NCBI GenBank assembly: GCA_963674735.2 | Contig: CAXXQS010000001.1 | Span: 544,001 to 608,000, forward strand | DNA length: 64,000 nt | DNA from: Myxococcota bacterium | GTDB taxonomy: Bacteria; Myxococcota_A; SURF-8 | Reading direction: 5' to 3' | In this document: positions 59,843 to 64,000 of the stretch, piece after piece | Layout of the letters: each line of letters starts with the position of its first letter | How positions within the stretch are numbered: the stretch's first letter is position 1 | Notes under the pieces: generated by a model | Told to the model about the DNA's origin: nothing | The model's database searches: none | The model's input: the letters and a program-made list of their open reading frames with translations, nothing else | Made by a program: the position numbers and the translations under genes

Positions 59843-60021
59843 AACTTTCAAAACTTTTGGAGACCCTGAAACTTTCCAGACCAGACCAGGCCAGAACCGT
59901 TTAGTAAATTTCCGCCCCGGTACCTTCCGCCTCAAAAAGGTGTATTGAATACACATGTAAAATCAACCACTTAGATTAAAACCAGGTATTAAAACTGGTG
60001 TTGTAGCAAATTTTTTTCACT

Positions 60022-60055
60022 TTCTGGCTTAGTTCGTCTGGGTTCTCAGTTGTTG
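60022..60055 (+). promoter_or_regulatory. Island motif copy D
   Basis: TTCTGGCTTAG-TTCGTCTGGG-TTCTCAGTTGTTG; faces xis-int. Confidence 0.8.
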
Positions 60056-60267
60056 TAGTGCCCCTGGAATTGGTTTTCGTTGGATTTGGGGTAACAGAAT
60101 CATCGGGCAATGGTGCCCGGTGAAGCCCGGTGGATGGAAAACTTTACTTTTCGGAGATCCGTTTTTGCTTCGGTCGGTAGAGTTCCTATAGCTGCCGTTT
60201 GGTAGTAGCTGGTGGCAACGAAAGGCCATCAGGGGAATTCTGAACCAATAGTAAGGAGAAGGTAACA

Positions 60268-60471
60268 ATGGACTCAACAACAACCGAAAACACCCCGAAC
60301 ATTTCGAACCTGACGGACATCATGACCGTCGACGAGGTAGCGGCATTTCTCCGGCTGGACCGGAAGACAGTGTACGACCTCGTGCAGCGGAAAGAAATCA
60401 AGGGTTGGAAGAAAGTCGGACGGCAGATCCGGTTCTCGAAACGGGCTCTGGTGAAATGGATTGAAGGATAA
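60268..60471 (+). CDS. Excisionase-type HTH protein
   Basis: IMTVDEVAAFLRLDRKTVY...KVGRQIRF; homologous to 30169. Confidence 0.9.
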   Translation: MDSTTTENTPNISNLTDIMTVDEVAAFLRLDRKTVYDLVQRKEIKGWKKVGRQIRFSKRALVKWIEG

Positions 60472-60483
60472 ACCACAACGATC

Positions 60484-61548
60484 ATGGCTGTCCGAAGGAA
60501 AAAGAACGGAAAAATCATGGTGGACTTCTGGTTGACTCACCCGGATGGCCACCGTGAACGTATCCGTAAAACCAGCCCGATAAGCACCATTCGGGGGGCG
60601 GAGCGGTACGAACGGGAACTGAGGGAATCCATGTTGAATGGCACCTTCGAGAAGCCCGTCGAAAAAGAGGTTCCCCTGTTTTCCGAGTTTGCCGACACGT
60701 TCATCCAGGACTATGCCGATGTTCAGAACCGGCCCAGCACCGTGATTGGGAAAAAGAAAAACCTAAGAATCCATCTCGTCCCGGCCTTCGGGCATCTCCG
60801 GCTGGATCAAATCTCCCAACATCGGATCGACCTCTACAAACGTCAGAAATTGGACGAGGGTTTGAAGGCCAAGACGATCAATAACCACCTGACCTGTCTC
60901 AGAAAACTGCTGACCATTGCCCATGACTGGGGCCATCTCAGCATCATCCCGGCCATCAAGTGGCTGCAAGTGGAAAAGCCGGGCTTCGATTTCCTGACTT
61001 CCGAGGAAAGCCACCGGTTGATTGAGTCGGCATTGGGGCAATGGAGGATGATGATCCTGTTCGCCCTGCGGACGGGAGCCAGGCAAGGCAACCTGTTGGA
61101 AGTCAGGTGGGATGACATTTCCCTGACGGAGGGCAATGAAAAAGTGAGGCTCTCCCGTAGCCATCACAGGGGACATACCGGACCCAACAAGGGGGGGCAA
61201 CCCTACGAGATTCCGATGTCAGATGGCCTTATTCAAGCCTTGAAAGCCTACAAACGGAAAACGGGTGGGAAGGGTCATGACCTTCTGTTTCGGGATTCAC
61301 AGGGCAACCAGTTGACCGATGGGCAATGTAAATGGCCGTTGTGGAATGCCTGTGAGGCTGCCGGGCTGCGTCGGATCGGCTGGCACGTCCTCCGACACAG
61401 CTTTGCCAGTCATCTCATCATGAACGGGAACTCGATCAAGGTGGTTCAGGAGCTGATGGGGCATACGGACATCCGTACCACCATGAGGTACATGCATCTT
61501 TCCCCGGAGGTCAAGCGGGATGCTGTGGCGGGGTTGGATGAGATTTAG
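60484..61548 (+). CDS. Tyrosine integrase of the right island
   Basis: TGARQG, NKGG, WHVLRHSFASHL, LMGH..TTMRY; homologous to 30393. Confidence 0.95.
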   Translation: MAVRRKKNGKIMVDFWLTHPDGHRERIRKTSPISTIRGAERYERELRESMLNGTFEKPVEKEVPLFSEFADTFIQDYADVQNRPSTVIGKKKNLRIHLVPAFGHLRLDQISQHRIDLYKRQKLDEGLKAKTINNHLTCLRKLLTIAHDWGHLSIIPAIKWLQVEKPGFDFLTSEESHRLIESALGQWRMMILFALRTGARQGNLLEVRWDDISLTEGNEKVRLSRSHHRGHTGPNKGGQPYEIPMSDGLIQALKAYKRKTGGKGHDLLFRDSQGNQLTDGQCKWPLWNACEAAGLRRIGWHVLRHSFASHLIMNGNSIKVVQELMGHTDIRTTMRYMHLSPEVKRDAVAGLDEI

Positions 61549-61576
61549 TTCCTATTGTTTATTCAACCTCGGTTGT

Positions 61577-63163
61577 TCAATTCGAAAGCACATACGGTAA
61601 AATATCTTTCAATGAAGTCAAATCACGAATATTGTTGGTCCATTCTTTTGGATCGTTTCCGTCAACAAAATGTGGATTGATACATAATGTTCTTGCACCA
61701 GACAAATAAGCAAATCGATCATTCATGGAATTCCCAATATATAATATTTCATATGGGTGTACATCATGCAATTTTGCAAGTTCTTTAAGATATAATGCTT
61801 TCCCCTCAAAATCATATTTCGTTCCAATGATCGTATCGATATCTCCAGAATCCTTATAGCGCATACTATTTGACTTGATAGTTGAAAATAAATTTTCATG
61901 TACTCCAAGCACTTCACGAATTACTACATCAATTGAACCAGACAGTACATGTAGAGAAATTCCTTTTTCCTTTAGATGCTTTAAAGTCCATGGAACATCA
62001 TCAAGCAGAGTAAATTTTCTTGCAACTTCAAGCACTTTGTTTTTTGTCAATTTACCTTTCTGGAAGTACTTTAATGTAACGTCGCACCACTGTTGATGCG
62101 AAATGACTCCACGTTTAAACTGTGTAGTGTATTTTGCACAGTCATTGACAGTGTAACCAGCTTTAAGCCATAATTCTTCCCAAACATTTAGATTCGTATT
62201 TTGCTTTGTTAATGTACCATCAAAATCAAACACAACAACTTTTGCTTGAAACAAAGAGCGTGATGTCGTCAGCTTTGTCCCTAACTGTTTTCCTCTGTAG
62301 GTGTTAAAGTATTCATAATACTGATAAGAAAAATCATCAACCCTCCCAATCTTTAATTCTGACTTATGAATTTCTAATACTATTGCTATCAGTTGAACAT
62401 CAATTTCTGATGCAAAAGGAAAGACAGTCTCTCCATGCTTGAACTCTTTACTTGGTCTTTCATATAATGCATACTTAGCTTTAGAAATACCACTGGATAT
62501 TTCCATGTCACGAAGTGATATTCCCTTGCTTCTTCTAAAATAGTATAATTTATAGCAATTGACTCGTACTTTCTCATTATCACAAGAACGCTTCTCTAAT
62601 TGCTTCCTTTTTTGCATAAGAAAGTTTTTAAACAGTCCTGCCCACTGTTGTCTAAGCCAACCAGATATTTCATTTGCAGTTGTAAATGGCTTTACAAATT
62701 GTGAAACATCAGAATTGTAAACGCTCTCAATGAGTTCAAAAATGCTTGGATTGTCTACATGTGCATATTCCAAATTCATATTTCTATTATTTTTTAGCCA
62801 TGTTTCGTATCCAGCCTGGACCACATTGTCAACAAAAACATGTATTGGGATGTTTGAAGCAAGCGCTGTTTCATATTCTTTTTGGATGATTGAGTTGTAT
62901 TTTTTCATTCGTTTACGGATATGACGAAGGTCATCAGAAGTTGGACTTCCAAATCTTCCTCCAATAATTAGGATAAACAAGTCTGATTTCATTACTTCTT
63001 CATAGCACGACCTATCTGCATCTTTGTCATAGTCAAATGGTATTCCACCTTTTTCAAACATAGTGGCTTTGAAACCCATACTATCAATAAAAACATCTAG
63101 AGAAGCACGAACTTCCCTAAGGTCAATGTAGGTGGAGCTAACGAAAACATTTGGCTTTGACAT
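61577..63163 (-). CDS. DUF4062 + XRE HTH + HAD phosphatase fusion
   Basis: VFVSSTYIDLREVR...ILIIGGRFGS...EY; RRSKGISLRD; VFDFDGTLT, LSGS, K, YIGNSMND. Confidence 0.88.
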   Translation of the reverse strand: MSKPNVFVSSTYIDLREVRASLDVFIDSMGFKATMFEKGGIPFDYDKDADRSCYEEVMKSDLFILIIGGRFGSPTSDDLRHIRKRMKKYNSIIQKEYETALASNIPIHVFVDNVVQAGYETWLKNNRNMNLEYAHVDNPSIFELIESVYNSDVSQFVKPFTTANEISGWLRQQWAGLFKNFLMQKRKQLEKRSCDNEKVRVNCYKLYYFRRSKGISLRDMEISSGISKAKYALYERPSKEFKHGETVFPFASEIDVQLIAIVLEIHKSELKIGRVDDFSYQYYEYFNTYRGKQLGTKLTTSRSLFQAKVVVFDFDGTLTKQNTNLNVWEELWLKAGYTVNDCAKYTTQFKRGVISHQQWCDVTLKYFQKGKLTKNKVLEVARKFTLLDDVPWTLKHLKEKGISLHVLSGSIDVVIREVLGVHENLFSTIKSNSMRYKDSGDIDTIIGTKYDFEGKALYLKELAKLHDVHPYEILYIGNSMNDRFAYLSGARTLCINPHFVDGNDPKEWTNNIRDLTSLKDILPYVLSN

Positions 63164-63259
63164 CACTACCTCATTAAAAAAGCCATATTCCTTTTTGGGC
63201 ACTATTTGGGCACTGCTTTTAGGTGGGATTTCTAAGCTGTTGAATTCATAAGCATAGAA

Positions 63260-63611
63260 TGGTGGAGGCGGGGGGAATCGAACCCCCGTCCGAAATGATT
63301 TAAACGCGAGCGTCTACGTGTGTAGTCAATGGGTAAATCTCGATGCGACGGCCACCCATCGACCTAGGCCGACGCATCCAGCTTGATCAATCTTACCTAA
63401 CGCCGCTCAGGCGGCGCAACGTCAGGCCAGCTATCTGATTTGCGCCTCATCCCCAGGCAATAGCAACCCAAGGTGAAACGGGCAACTGCTTATTAAGCTG
63501 CCAATGCGTAGTTGTTTTCGGCAATTATATCGCCTGCCGGCTTTTACGAAGATCCGGCGCTTCGACACGCAGCCCGTGCTCTCCGCACCCCGTCGAAACC
63601 ATGTCGCCCCC
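63260..63611 (-). ncRNA. ssrA: tmRNA
   Basis: 5' GGGGGCGAC..GGTTTCGAC, 3' GGTTCGATTCCCCCCGCCTCCACCA, tag ORF AENNYALAA* at 63493-63522; 352 nt. Confidence 0.97.
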
Positions 63612-64000
63612 ATGCCAAAGAACCATAACCGAGTCATTATTACAGCGATTAAAGGTGAAAGTCAATGGTCCCCGAGCGAATTCTGCCACGCGCAATGCCG
63701 ACCTTGCTTTTGGTCGTCGCCCGGCGGATTTTCAGCATGTATGCCGGTCAGGATCACGATGGTTGGCACGGTGACGGTCTTGAGGGTGTAAGTGGTCTTT
63801 CCTAAAGAGTCTTCAGCCGCTTGCCCACCCGGTTCCGCTTCAGCACCATCCGAATCTTGTCTCATTGCGGTATCTTTTCCGGCGACGCTCTCTTTGATCG
63901 TTGTCGGCAAAAGGCGCAAAAATGGGGCCGTCTCTTATGAAGGGGCGCCATCATGTCTCGGGTCTTGATAAAATGGTGCTTCTAACTATATAATGCCAAG

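Larger units (their letters stand above)
31496..63282. mobile_element. Integrative island of about 31.8 kb inserted in tmRNA
   Basis: 25-bp direct repeats at both ends, TGGGCACTATTTGGGCA inside both ends (31653-31669 and 63196-63212), xis-int at 60268-61548. Confidence 0.92.

Noticed and set aside
63662-63919. 85-aa ORF upstream of tmRNA
   Set aside because: No motif or RBS support, and too close to the window edge to assess.

Overview
A 64-kb bacterial window that is almost entirely accessory DNA, stacked at the 3' end of a minus-strand tmRNA gene (63260-63611, tag AENNYALAA). The host looks Deltaproteobacteria/Myxococcota-like, which is an inference. Two related xis-int modules define tandem tmRNA-targeting islands. 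The right island (about 31.5-63.3 kb) is bounded by a 25-bp direct repeat of the tmRNA 3' end. It carries an orphan AbiEi-type antitoxin, a prokaryotic viperin cassette, a type I R-M system, a Lamassu/ABC-three-component system, two solitary DNA methyltransferases, a resolvase and a DUF4062-HTH-HAD fusion. Its most unusual part is a coupled operon of an HTH protein, a degenerate methyltransferase-like protein and a 775-aa reverse transcriptase that lacks group II intron, retron or DGR hallmarks. A 34-bp bipartite motif occurs four times in this island, always pointing into a transcription unit. The left island, whose left end is not visible, has a coupling ATPase plus Replic_Relax module, a strongly base-paired non-coding region, a complete ISKra4-like element, a frameshifted large serine recombinase, a nuclease-NTPase defence gene and a MazEF-like TA pair. 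Further left are a tyrosine recombinase flanked by palindromic sites, surface-protein genes resembling Patescibacteria (CPR) genes, two mini-proteins ending in sliding-clamp motifs, and a partial Fic gene. All family calls come from motifs recognised by eye, without database searches.
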